Positions 18,610 through 27,706 of a stretch of DNA of 36,142 nt are shown piece by piece. The DNA comes from an uncultured Gemmatimonadota bacterium (GTDB lineage: Bacteria > GCA-2686955): assembly GCA_964490075.1 (NCBI GenBank), contig CAZBBK010000014.1:62001-98142 (forward strand), written 5' to 3'. The translations under genes were made by a program, and so were the position numbers. Numbering within the stretch: the stretch's first letter is position 1; every line of letters begins with the position of its first letter. The notes beneath the pieces were generated by a model, which was not told where the DNA came from, ran no database searches, and worked only from the letters and a program-made list of their open reading frames with translations.

Positions 18610-19654
18610 TAGCCTCGAAGACGTGCCGGCCGCCGCGGCTGAAGCGGGGCGGCGAGGGGTTCGTCTCACCGATCCACTCTCGGCCGGCGACGAGCCGCAC
18701 GTCCTGATCCTGGGCGCCGACGCCCGCGCGCTCGCCATCGGCGATCGTCTCCAGGCGAGCAAGATGCGCGTGATCGGACATCTGGGGCGCGACGACGATC
18801 AGTCTCGGAACGAGGTGGTGGGGACTTACTCCGAGCTCGAGCAGATCCTCCGCGACGAGGTGGTGGATCGGGTGGTGGTCGCGGTGCACCACGACAGCGC
18901 CCGCCAGATCGTCACCCGCGCCCTGCATCTCTGCGCCCTGATGGGTGTGCCGGTCTGCGCCGAGGAGGCGTACGAGCAGTTCCTGCGCTGCGGACGCCTG
19001 AGCGCCGGCGCCAAGATGGTGCCGCTCGGCTCCACCATGACGCCCAGCGATTCCGCTCTGGTCGTGCGGCGCTTCGTCGATCGGCTGCTGGCGCTGTTGA
19101 TGATCGTCGTCGGCCTGCCGGTCTTTCCCTTGCTGGCCATCGCGATCCGTCTCGACAGCAAGGGCCCCATCATCTTCCGCCAGGTGCGGGTGCGCAACAA
19201 CGGCCGCCACTTCCACCTGTTCAAGTTCCGCACCATGGTCGACAACGCCGAAGAGCTGAAGGCGCGACTGATGGCGCAGAACCAGGTGGACGGGCCCGCC
19301 TTCAAGATCGAGGGCGATCCGCGCATCACCCGCGTCGGCCACCTGCTGCGCCGCCTGCGCATGGACGAGCTGCCGCAGCTCTTCAACATCCTGAGCGGCG
19401 ACATGGCGATCGTCGGCCCGCGTCCGCCGCTCCCCGCCGAGGTCGAGCGCTACGAGAGCTGGTACATGCGGCGTCTCTCGGTCACTCCGGGGCTGACCTG
19501 CCTGTGGCAGATCGAGCACGGACCGCTGGGCGTCGGCTTCACCGAATGGATGCGACTCGACTGTCGCTACATCGAAGAGTGGAGCCTCTGGAACGACGCC
19601 AAGATCTTCCTCAGAACCGTCCCGATCGTGCTCTTCGGCATTCGGGCGATGTAA
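18596..19654 (+). CDS. Priming phosphoglycosyl transferase (WcaJ/WbaP-like), lacking N-terminal TM bundle
   Basis: GPIIFRQVR, LFKFRTM, DPRITRVG..LR..DELPQLFNILSGDMAIVGPRP, PGLTCLWQ. Rossmann-like N-terminal domain (VLILGA). Start ATG 18596 or GTG 18593. Confidence 0.93.
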   Translation: MITSNSLEDVPAAAAEAGRRGVRLTDPLSAGDEPHVLILGADARALAIGDRLQASKMRVIGHLGRDDDQSRNEVVGTYSELEQILRDEVVDRVVVAVHHDSARQIVTRALHLCALMGVPVCAEEAYEQFLRCGRLSAGAKMVPLGSTMTPSDSALVVRRFVDRLLALLMIVVGLPVFPLLAIAIRLDSKGPIIFRQVRVRNNGRHFHLFKFRTMVDNAEELKARLMAQNQVDGPAFKIEGDPRITRVGHLLRRLRMDELPQLFNILSGDMAIVGPRPPLPAEVERYESWYMRRLSVTPGLTCLWQIEHGPLGVGFTEWMRLDCRYIEEWSLWNDAKIFLRTVPIVLFGIRAM

Positions 19655-19680
19655 CGACACCCGATTTACAGGTGAACGCG

Positions 19681-21231
19681 ATGGAGAGCTCCCCTCCCGA
19701 CAGGTCGAGACCAGAGATCGAGGGCATCGGCATCGATCCCGGTGATCTATTGCGTCTCTACTTCCGCCACACGAAGCTGATCGTGGCGATCTTCCTCGGC
19801 GTGATGGCGCTGGCGACGACGCTGGTCTATCTGATCCCGCCGACCTACGTCTCATCGGCCGAGCTCTTGATCGCGCGCAACGAGCCCGACGTGTCGGAAG
19901 GGGAGTACCAGCGACCGGTGACCGCGCTCGATCGCGGCGAGCTTTTGGCCACCGAGGCAGAGATCCTGACCTCCGAGGGACTGGTGCTGCGCACCCTCTC
20001 CGACCATGCCAAGCTGAACGCGGCGCCGACCGAGGTCGACTACGTGAAGCTCTTCTTGAAGTACGCCTTCATGCCGCTCAAGACGCTGGGCCTGATGTAC
20101 GAAGGCGACGATCCTCTGGCGGACCGGGTGCGGAGCCTGGCGAAGCGGCTCACGGTCACCGAGCACGTCGATGCCAATACGCTCACCGTCGAGTTCGAGC
20201 ACGACTCGCCCGACATCGCCCAGAAGGCGCTGCAGGCCTTGATCGACACCTACCTGCGCTTTCGCATCGAGACCTTGCGCCGGCCCGAGCTGCAGGAGCA
20301 TTTCGAAGAGCGCATGGGCTCGACCACCGACCGCATCGCCGAGGTCGAGGGGCAGCTGCTCGACATCGAGGAGCAGTCCGGTCTGATCCGCCCGGACGTC
20401 GAGCTGGAGCACGCGGTGTCGCATCTGGCCGAGATGCGCAACGACCTGGTCGACCTGCGGGTCGACGAAAAGGCGCTGCGCGGCCGTCTGGAGCAGATCG
20501 ATGCGCAGCAGCGCGGCCTGGAGCGTTCGACCGTGATCCGACGTGAGACCGGACGCAATCCGGCCTGGGAGGCGCTGACCGAGACCGTCACCAACCTGGA
20601 GCGGCGCAAGACCCTGATGGGGGCGGTCTATCGAGAGGACTCCGATCCGATCAGGCAGGTGGCGCGCGAGCTCGAGCTGATGCGCGAGCTCTTGTCGCAG
20701 ACGCCCGAGATGATCCAGACGGTCGAGGTGGTGGGGCCGAACGAGCAGCTCGACGCGCTGCGCGGCGAGCGCGATCAGTCGATGATCGAGCTGGCGACGG
20801 TCGGGCGCCGCATCGAAGCCCTGACCGAGGCGATCGAGGGGTCGCGCGACGGTCTGCGCGGCATGAGCCGCTGGGCCAACGCCGCGGCGCGCGCCGACGC
20901 CGAGATGCTGGCGGTGTCCAATACCTACCAGATCTACCTCAACAAGCGCGAAGGGGCGCGGTTGGCGGAAATGGCCGACAAGGGCGAGATCAACGTCAAG
21001 ATGATCAAGCCGCCGCTGCGTCCGGACAAGCCGGCCATGCACCGCCTGATTCCGATCATTCTCGCCGGCATCGCCGGCCTGGCCCTGGCCTTCGGGCTGG
21101 TCACGATGATCGAGCTGCTCAACGGCACGGTGCGCAGCGAGCACGACGTGGAGCGCGCCCTCGGTGTGCCGGTGCTGGCGGCGGTCGAGGCGGCGGATGA
21201 GGCGGCGGACGAGGAGGCGCGCGCCGCTTGA
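19681..21231 (+). CDS. Polysaccharide co-polymerase (GumC/Wzc N-terminal, PCP-2)
   Basis: TM1 then PPTYVSSAELLI, TEAEILTS, long coiled coil, IKPP.RP..P, TM2, TVRSEHDVERALGVPVLA. Confidence 0.9.
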   Translation: MESSPPDRSRPEIEGIGIDPGDLLRLYFRHTKLIVAIFLGVMALATTLVYLIPPTYVSSAELLIARNEPDVSEGEYQRPVTALDRGELLATEAEILTSEGLVLRTLSDHAKLNAAPTEVDYVKLFLKYAFMPLKTLGLMYEGDDPLADRVRSLAKRLTVTEHVDANTLTVEFEHDSPDIAQKALQALIDTYLRFRIETLRRPELQEHFEERMGSTTDRIAEVEGQLLDIEEQSGLIRPDVELEHAVSHLAEMRNDLVDLRVDEKALRGRLEQIDAQQRGLERSTVIRRETGRNPAWEALTETVTNLERRKTLMGAVYREDSDPIRQVARELELMRELLSQTPEMIQTVEVVGPNEQLDALRGERDQSMIELATVGRRIEALTEAIEGSRDGLRGMSRWANAAARADAEMLAVSNTYQIYLNKREGARLAEMADKGEINVKMIKPPLRPDKPAMHRLIPIILAGIAGLALAFGLVTMIELLNGTVRSEHDVERALGVPVLAAVEAADEAADEEARAA

Positions 21232-22580
21232 GCCCGCCCTCCACGATGACCGATTCCAAAACCGGCTCGAAGCTGATCTCGGACGGGTTGCTCACCTACG
21301 CGACCGAGTTCTCGAGCGCGCTGCTGAACCTCGGCACCAGCATCCTGATCGCCCGCATTCTCGGGCCGAGCGGTCGCGGGATCTACGCGATCTTCATCCT
21401 GGTGCCGATGACGCTCCAGCAGTTCGGTGTGTTCGGGCTGCCGCAAGGGGTGGTGCACTACATGCACAAGGACCCCGAGGGGCGCGGGCGGCGGGCGATG
21501 AACATGGTGCTGGCGGCGGCCCTGGTCGGCATCCCTTATGCCCTGGTGGCCCGCTGGATCTTTGCCACCGGAGCGCTGGATGAGCTGCGCCATGCGTCGG
21601 AGCTGGTCACCACCTTGGTGGTCTGCTGCGTGCCGCCCATGCTCTTCAACGCCTATGCGCAAGGCTTCGTGCTCGGCCTGGACGACCTCGTGAAGCGCAA
21701 CCTCTTGAGGATCGTCGAGCTGGCGGTCTACTTCGCCGGCGTGGTGCTCTTCGTGGTGCTTCTCGATCAAGGGGTGGTGGGGGCGATGAAGGCCTGGGCC
21801 GGGGGAATTCTGGCGACCACCGTGCTGGGGGGCTTCTATCTGCTGCCGGACGCCGCCCGGGCGCGCTTCCGTCCCGACCCGAGGCGTCTGAAGCGGGACT
21901 TCGCGTTCGGCATCCGCGGCTTCATCGCCACCGTTGCCTTCTTCCTGCTCTACCGGCTCAACCTCTACCTGGTCTCGCATTTCCTCGACAGCGACGCGGT
22001 CGGACACTATTCGGTGGCGGCCGCGCTCCTGATGATGATGGCGATCCTGCCGCAGGCGATCGACCAGGCTTTCCTGCCCAAGGTCACGGCGCGCTACGCG
22101 GCCGGTGGCGGTCAGGAAAGGATGACGCCCCTGATCTCGCGCCTCTCGCTGATCATCTCGGCGGCCTGCGCTTTTGCGATGGCGATCGGCGCCTGGCCCC
22201 TGGTGTGGGTCCTCTACGGTCAGGAGTATCTGCCGGCGGTGGGCGCTCTGCTGGTGCTGCTGCCCTCGGTGACGGTGCTTTGCGGCATGGCGGTGCTGAG
22301 CTCGGCGCTGCAGGCGCGCGGGCGACCGATCTGGAACTCGGTGGGGGCGGTGGTCGGCTTCACGGCGAACGGCATCCTGGGGCTTCTGTTGATCCCGCAC
22401 TGGGGCATCATGGGCGCGGCGCTGGCGTCGAGCGTCGGCTACCTGGCCTTCGGCTGCGTGCTGGCCTTCGCCTTCCTGCGCTTCGAGCCGCAGGTGCGGG
22501 CGGCCGATCTGCTGGTGCCGCGCCGTGCCGATCTGAAGCTGCTCTGGAGCGGGGTTCGCTCGCTGCGCGGGGTGGCCTGA
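21228..22580 (+). CDS. wzx: Wzx-type oligosaccharide flippase
   Basis: About 12 TM helices. ILIARILGPSGRGIY, VGHYSVA, LYGQEY, LIPHWGIMGAALASSVGY. TTG 21228 (GAGGAGG upstream) or ATG 21246. Confidence 0.92.
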   Translation: MSPPSTMTDSKTGSKLISDGLLTYATEFSSALLNLGTSILIARILGPSGRGIYAIFILVPMTLQQFGVFGLPQGVVHYMHKDPEGRGRRAMNMVLAAALVGIPYALVARWIFATGALDELRHASELVTTLVVCCVPPMLFNAYAQGFVLGLDDLVKRNLLRIVELAVYFAGVVLFVVLLDQGVVGAMKAWAGGILATTVLGGFYLLPDAARARFRPDPRRLKRDFAFGIRGFIATVAFFLLYRLNLYLVSHFLDSDAVGHYSVAAALLMMMAILPQAIDQAFLPKVTARYAAGGGQERMTPLISRLSLIISAACAFAMAIGAWPLVWVLYGQEYLPAVGALLVLLPSVTVLCGMAVLSSALQARGRPIWNSVGAVVGFTANGILGLLLIPHWGIMGAALASSVGYLAFGCVLAFAFLRFEPQVRAADLLVPRRADLKLLWSGVRSLRGVA

Positions 22581-22593
22581 AGGGTAGCGGGCG

Positions 22594-24462
22594 TCAGCCT
22601 CGATCCCGCCGGTCGAGCTCCGGCGCTCTGTGGCGCTCGGCCAGGCGTCGGCTCTCGCGGCGCGGGGCGACCCGGTGGCGGGCGACCTCGCGGGCGATCG
22701 TTGCATCGCGCAGGTAGCGCATCAGCAGGCGCCGCGGCTCCTGCAGGATCCGCCAAACGAACTCCATGCCAATGCGCACGATCCACGCGGGAGCCACGCT
22801 CACGTCGCCGGCCAGCATGTCGAGCGTGCCGCCGATCCCGATGCAGACCGCGGCGCCGGAATCGGCCAGGAAGCGTTCTCCCCAGATGTCCTGCTTGGGC
22901 ATTCCGAAGGCGATCAGCACCACCTGGGCGCCGCTCTCGCGGATCGCCCGCACCACCTCCGCGTCCTCGGGCGAGGGCCGATCGGGATCGAAGCGCGGCG
23001 AGGCGGTGCCGGCGACCTGGAGACCAGGGAAGCGCTCACGCGATCGTTCCGCGGCCCGCTCCGCCACACCGGGGCCGGCCCCCAGGAAGAAGACCCGCCA
23101 GCCCTCGCGTGCCCCGCGCTCCAGGATGCGTTCGGCCAGGATCCGGCCCTGGACCTTCTCGCGCAGGGGCTCTCTCAGCAGCCACGCCGCGCGCACCACC
23201 CAGGCGCCGTCGGGGATGTTGAGCCGGGTGCGCGCCAGGAGCCTGGAGAATGAAGGTTCGCGGGCGGCGCGCATCAGGAAGTTGACGTTGGGGGTGGCGA
23301 TCTGGCTGGGGCGGCCCTCGGCGAGGAAGCGGGCGACCAGGTCGACGCATTCGTCCAGCGTCACGTCGTGGATCGGCACGCCGAGAATCTGCCTCTTGAT
23401 CGGATCGCCCAGACGCGCCGCGGCCGCGGCCTCGAGCGCCGAGATATGGCCCACCCGGGCACTGCGCGTCAGCTCGGCGAGCTGCTCCGCGAAGGCCTCG
23501 GCCGGCCGCTGAGGCACCAATCGGCGCGCCTCGTCGAGCGCCGCCTCCGCGAGTCGCGCACAGAGCTCCGGATCGGCGACCAGGCGCACCAGGGTGTCGC
23601 CGAGCGTGTCGGCCGTGCTGACCAGGCCGGTTCGGTCGTGCTCGATCAGCTCGCATCCGGCGATCCCGTGCACCGCCGCCACCACCTGCCCGGCGCTCAT
23701 CGCCTCGAGCACCGCGCCGCGGTTCTGCGGCGGGCCCAGGGCGATGGCGATGGTCGGAGTGCGTCCCTCGTGTAGGTGATCGAGCGCCGAGGGGGGCGCC
23801 AGCCAGGGATCGAGCAGCCGCCGCCGCACCTCGAGAGCGGTCTGCGTCTCCAGCTCGCGCACTGTCTGCAGCCCCAGCCGCACGTGGGACATTCCTGCGT
23901 CTCGCAGCCGGTGCGCCGCGTCGAGCACGCGCTCCACGTCGGCCCAGCGGCGCAGCGGTACCGGCAGCGCGACCAGGATCGGCGCGCCGGTGCCGGCCCC
24001 GGCGGCCCAGGGGCTGCGCGCCACGGTGATTCCGCCGGGCAGCCGCACACAGCGTGCCGGCGGGAAGTTGCTGCGCAGCGCCGCGAAGTGCGCCGCGGAG
24101 GAGCTGAGCAGCACGCTGTGGGCGTAGAAGCGCAGAGGGTAGCGACGGGGCGTCTGGGTGCCGTGCCCGGCGCCCGCCGGGTCGACCACCACGCGGCGCC
24201 GGATGCGATGGCGAAGCCCGAAGGCCAGCGCCTCGGGGGTGGCATCGGGCCCCACGCCGATGATGCCGTGCAGGCGCAGCTCGCGGCGCAGCGAACGCAG
24301 CTCGGCGCCGTTGCACGCGGCGTGAAACACCATCCTGCCGGCGCGCTGCAGCTCGAGGGCCGCGGCGATCGCCGCGGGCAATCCGGCGCGCCCCTCGCGG
24401 GGCAGCAGCAGCGCCCAGTGGCGGAGCTTCTTGCCGGCGTGCGCGGCGCTGTGCGATGGCAT
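22594..24462 (-). CDS. Fusion of a degenerate GT4-like domain and a WecB/TagA/CpsF (GT26) glycosyltransferase
   Basis: C-terminal half: IATPNV, NIPDG, VFFLGA, VVLIAFGMPKQD, IGIGGTLD, APAW..GMEFVWRILQEPRRL..RY. N-terminal half: VLEAMSAG..VAA...ELIEHDRTGL. Start uncertain (ATG 24462 chosen). Confidence 0.85.
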   Translation of the reverse strand: MPSHSAAHAGKKLRHWALLLPREGRAGLPAAIAAALELQRAGRMVFHAACNGAELRSLRRELRLHGIIGVGPDATPEALAFGLRHRIRRRVVVDPAGAGHGTQTPRRYPLRFYAHSVLLSSSAAHFAALRSNFPPARCVRLPGGITVARSPWAAGAGTGAPILVALPVPLRRWADVERVLDAAHRLRDAGMSHVRLGLQTVRELETQTALEVRRRLLDPWLAPPSALDHLHEGRTPTIAIALGPPQNRGAVLEAMSAGQVVAAVHGIAGCELIEHDRTGLVSTADTLGDTLVRLVADPELCARLAEAALDEARRLVPQRPAEAFAEQLAELTRSARVGHISALEAAAAARLGDPIKRQILGVPIHDVTLDECVDLVARFLAEGRPSQIATPNVNFLMRAAREPSFSRLLARTRLNIPDGAWVVRAAWLLREPLREKVQGRILAERILERGAREGWRVFFLGAGPGVAERAAERSRERFPGLQVAGTASPRFDPDRPSPEDAEVVRAIRESGAQVVLIAFGMPKQDIWGERFLADSGAAVCIGIGGTLDMLAGDVSVAPAWIVRIGMEFVWRILQEPRRLLMRYLRDATIAREVARHRVAPRRESRRLAERHRAPELDRRDRG

Positions 24463-24476
24463 GGGCAGCTCGCTGT

Positions 24477-24533
24477 GTGGCCCACTCCGCAATTACGGCG
24501 GCCGAATGCCACCGCAATTGCGGAGTGGGCCAC
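24477..24533. repeat. 26-bp-arm inverted repeat containing two CCGCAATTRCGG palindromes
   Basis: Arms 24477-24502 and 24508-24533, loop CGAAT, two mismatches that are G-U pairs on the minus-strand RNA. Confidence 0.9.
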
Positions 24534-24620
24534 CAAGGGGCCGATGGAAGGAGTGGCAGAGTACTACCCGATCGGGCTTTCGAACGCCGCGACTTGACTG
24601 CGCTGGCCCCGATTCCTAGC

Positions 24621-24637
24621 CTGGCACGCTCGGAGCT
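24621..24637 (+). promoter_or_regulatory. Possible sigma-54 promoter for the GT4 gene
   Basis: CTGGCACG-CTCG-GAGCT: perfect -24 box, GG-N10-GC spacing, imperfect -12 (GAGC vs TTGC), about 30 bp before ATG 24666. Confidence 0.55.
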
Positions 24638-24665
24638 CATAGGAACAAGAGGACTCGCACCACAG

Positions 24666-25841
24666 ATGCCAACGAGAGATCGCTGGGGAGAGCCCGATCC
24701 GACGCGGATCACCGTGCTCTTCTTCCCCTGCAACTTCGTGATCGGCGGCATGCAGCGCCAGCTCGCCGACCTGGTCACCCACATCGATCGAGACCGCTTC
24801 CGGCCTCTGGTCGCCTGCTTCGGCCCCTCGGGCCCCTTCGCCGCGGAGCTGGAAGAGGCCGGAATCCCCTTCGATTGCTGGGACGAGGAGCCTTGCTACG
24901 ACCTCGGCGCGTTGCGCATGACGGCACGCATGGTGCGCCTGCTGCGCCGCGAGCGGGTGCAGATCTTCCAGACCTACGAGTTCCCGACCAAGGTGCTCGG
25001 CTGGATCGCCGGCACCGCGGCCCGCAGTCCGGTGATCACCTGCGCCGAGCACGGCACCGGGGAGCCCAAGGACACGCAGCGCAAGACCTGGCTCCTGCGC
25101 AAGCTCAGTCCGCTCTGCGATTCCTTCATCTACGTGGCCGATGCTCAGCGGCGCTTCTACCGCGACCAGCGCGGCTTCCGCCTCGGCGGGCGCACCGAGG
25201 TGATCTACAACGGTATCAATCACCGGCGCTTCGACCCCGGGGCGGTGCAGCCGCTGACGCGCGCCGAGCTCGGCATTCCGGAGCGCGCCCCGGTGGTCGG
25301 CATCACCGCCGTGCTGCGCGAGGAAAAGGCCCACGAGGTGCTGCTGCGCGCCTTGCCGGTCATCGAGCAGCAGGCGCCGGGCACCCATGCGCTGATCGTC
25401 GGCGACGGCCCCGAGCGACCCGCGATCGAAGCCCTGGCGCGCCAGCTGGGGGTCGCCGAACGGGTCGTGATCACCGGCTTCCGGGGCGACGTGGAGCGCA
25501 TTCTGCCGCTCTTCGACGTGATGACGCTGTGCTCAGATCCGGTGGCCGAGACCTGTCCCCTCTCGGTGCTGGAGGCGATGTGCATGGGCAAGCCGGTGGT
25601 CGCGACCGCGGTCAGCGGCCTGCCGGAGCTGGTGGTCGAAGGAGAGACCGGGCACCTGGTCGGAATCCGCGATCACGAGGCCCTGGGAGCGCGGATCGGG
25701 GAGCTGCTCGCTGATCCCGAGCGGGCCAGGGCGCTGGGCGCCGCCGGACGGATGCGGGCGCTCGCACGTTTCACCATCCCGCACATGGTGGCCCACCACG
25801 AGCGGCACTACGAGAAGCTGGTGCGCGAGGCGCTCGGCTGA
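24666..25841 (+). CDS. Glycosyltransferase family 4
   Basis: ATG 24666 (GAGGA upstream). IGGMQRQL, VIYNGI, EKAHEVLL, IVGDGPER, E-x7-E motif ETCPLSVLEAMCMGKPVVAT, GETGHLV. Confidence 0.93.
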   Translation: MPTRDRWGEPDPTRITVLFFPCNFVIGGMQRQLADLVTHIDRDRFRPLVACFGPSGPFAAELEEAGIPFDCWDEEPCYDLGALRMTARMVRLLRRERVQIFQTYEFPTKVLGWIAGTAARSPVITCAEHGTGEPKDTQRKTWLLRKLSPLCDSFIYVADAQRRFYRDQRGFRLGGRTEVIYNGINHRRFDPGAVQPLTRAELGIPERAPVVGITAVLREEKAHEVLLRALPVIEQQAPGTHALIVGDGPERPAIEALARQLGVAERVVITGFRGDVERILPLFDVMTLCSDPVAETCPLSVLEAMCMGKPVVATAVSGLPELVVEGETGHLVGIRDHEALGARIGELLADPERARALGAAGRMRALARFTIPHMVAHHERHYEKLVREALG

Positions 25842-27364
25842 TTCCAGGGATCCGGCGCGACCCGCGGCACCTCCGGCGCTGGCTCCGGGGCGGTGGGTGC
25901 GCTCCGCAGGCGCGCGTTCTCGTACACCCCCATCACCGCCCCGAAGAACAGGAAGACCACCGTATCGGCGTAGTTCATCGCCGTCATGTCGGTGAACAGA
26001 CACTGCCCGTAGAAACCGACCAGTCCGCAGGCCGCCCCGACGACGTACGGACGCATCGCCTCCAGGCCCATCGCCGGCAAGCGTTTGCGGAAGCGGTTCA
26101 GTCCCGAGAACATGGTCCAGAGGTAGCGGCAGTAGAGCACCAGGCCGACCACGCCCATGGTCACCAGCATGCGCAGGAACTCGTTGTGCGGCGTGGTGTT
26201 GGACAGGTAGTAGCGGCGCCCGATGAACTCCAGGCGGGGGACCAGGTCGAGCGTCTTCAGGTGGGGATAGGTCTCGAAGCCGTAGCCATGGCCCACCAGG
26301 GGGCTGGCCTTGATGAAGTAGAAGCTGGTGGCCCACATGCCGAAGCGCTCGAAGATCGATCCCAGGTTGAGAATGCGGTTGTCGGGATCGCTGAACGCCA
26401 GGGGCAGGTAGAGCGCCAGCCCGAAGAGGCCGAGCGCTCCGAGCGCCAGGATCGCCTTGCGCAGCCTCGGGACCCAGAGCCAGAGCAGCGGCGCGCAGAG
26501 CAGAAAGGCGAAGTAGACCGAACGGGTGTAGGTCACCAGCATGCCGACTCCGCAGAGCGCGATCGCCGCCGCCCCGAGAACGCGGATCCAGCGCTTGCCC
26601 TCGGTGAGCAGCAGGAAGAAGCCGAGCACCGCGCCCTGGATCATCGACACCCCGAGCGTGACCGAGTTGCCCATCGGTCCCGCCGCCCGGTTGAGCTGCA
26701 GGCTGTGCAGGCCGCCGATCTGAGCCGCCTGGGCGTGGGTGGTGATCGCGGCCCGGTCGACCTTGCCGATCTGCAGGCCCAGCACCTGGTCGACCCAGGC
26801 GTGGCCGGCCAGCAAGACGGCCGCAATTACCAGCGAGATGGTGATCGAGCGCACCTGCTCCGGCGTGCGGACCAGGTGCTTCATGCCGAAGTAGATCAGA
26901 AAGGGGTAGACGTTTTCGTTGACCACCTGGCGCACGGTCTGCGGCGGTGTCAGGCCCATCAGAACGCCGGACAGGATCATCGCGGCGATCAGCATCAGCC
27001 AGGACTGGTCGAAGCGGGTGAGCCGCAGTCGGTCGACCTTGCCGGCCAGGATCCCGAACATCACCAGGGCCGTCACCCCGTAGATCCCCAGCCGCTCGAA
27101 GTTGAGGTTGGGCACTCCGGCGCCGAGCTCGATCTCGGTGGCGTGCATGATCCAGGGGGCGATGATCACGTAGAGGCCGACGGCCACCCAGGGCCCCCGC
27201 ACCACCGCGGCCGCCACCACCGGCACCAGTGCCAGACCGACCAGCGCCGGGGCGGCGCTGGAGCTGACCACCGATCCGGCCGCCGCGGCGAGCACGCATG
27301 CGGCGCCGACGCCGACCAGCAGCAGGGTCTTCGCGGTGTTGTGTTCAGTCAGCTGCGCGAGCAT
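25808..27364 (-). CDS. O-antigen ligase/Wzy-type polymerase family protein
   Basis: Many TM helices; RAAGPMGNS, TYTRS, R..MW...PLVGHGYG, PHNEFLRMLVTMGVVGL (Wzy_C signature). Confidence 0.9.
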   Translation of the reverse strand: MLAQLTEHNTAKTLLLVGVGAACVLAAAAGSVVSSSAAPALVGLALVPVVAAAVVRGPWVAVGLYVIIAPWIMHATEIELGAGVPNLNFERLGIYGVTALVMFGILAGKVDRLRLTRFDQSWLMLIAAMILSGVLMGLTPPQTVRQVVNENVYPFLIYFGMKHLVRTPEQVRSITISLVIAAVLLAGHAWVDQVLGLQIGKVDRAAITTHAQAAQIGGLHSLQLNRAAGPMGNSVTLGVSMIQGAVLGFFLLLTEGKRWIRVLGAAAIALCGVGMLVTYTRSVYFAFLLCAPLLWLWVPRLRKAILALGALGLFGLALYLPLAFSDPDNRILNLGSIFERFGMWATSFYFIKASPLVGHGYGFETYPHLKTLDLVPRLEFIGRRYYLSNTTPHNEFLRMLVTMGVVGLVLYCRYLWTMFSGLNRFRKRLPAMGLEAMRPYVVGAACGLVGFYGQCLFTDMTAMNYADTVVFLFFGAVMGVYENARLRSAPTAPEPAPEVPRVAPDPWNQPSASRTSFS

Positions 27365-27706
27365 CGAGGGGTTCGAAAGCGGTTTCTTCTTCGACTGGGA
27401 CGCGGCGCGCGCCTGCGCAGGCCTTGCTCAGCGCGGTCCGCCAGGGCGTGCTCCCACGCCGGGGGCAAGGTCGCCCACCGGCCGTACGCACGCGCGACTC
27501 TACTACTTATCGGGAAACGTCCTCGGAAGATACAGCGACGCGTCGATCTCATTGCGCGCGCGCGTCGGGTCGATGATATACGACGAACCGTCGATTGATC
27601 GTTCGCCGAAGCCGTGTTTGAATCGGATGGCATGGATGAACGGTACTCGCAACCCCCCCCCGGCGGATCAGGTGGGATCCCCGACCAACCTCGTGATGCC
27701 AAGCTT

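Noticed and set aside
27628-27643. Sigma-54-like TGGCATGG upstream of the hydrolase gene
   Set aside because: There is no GC at the -12 position.
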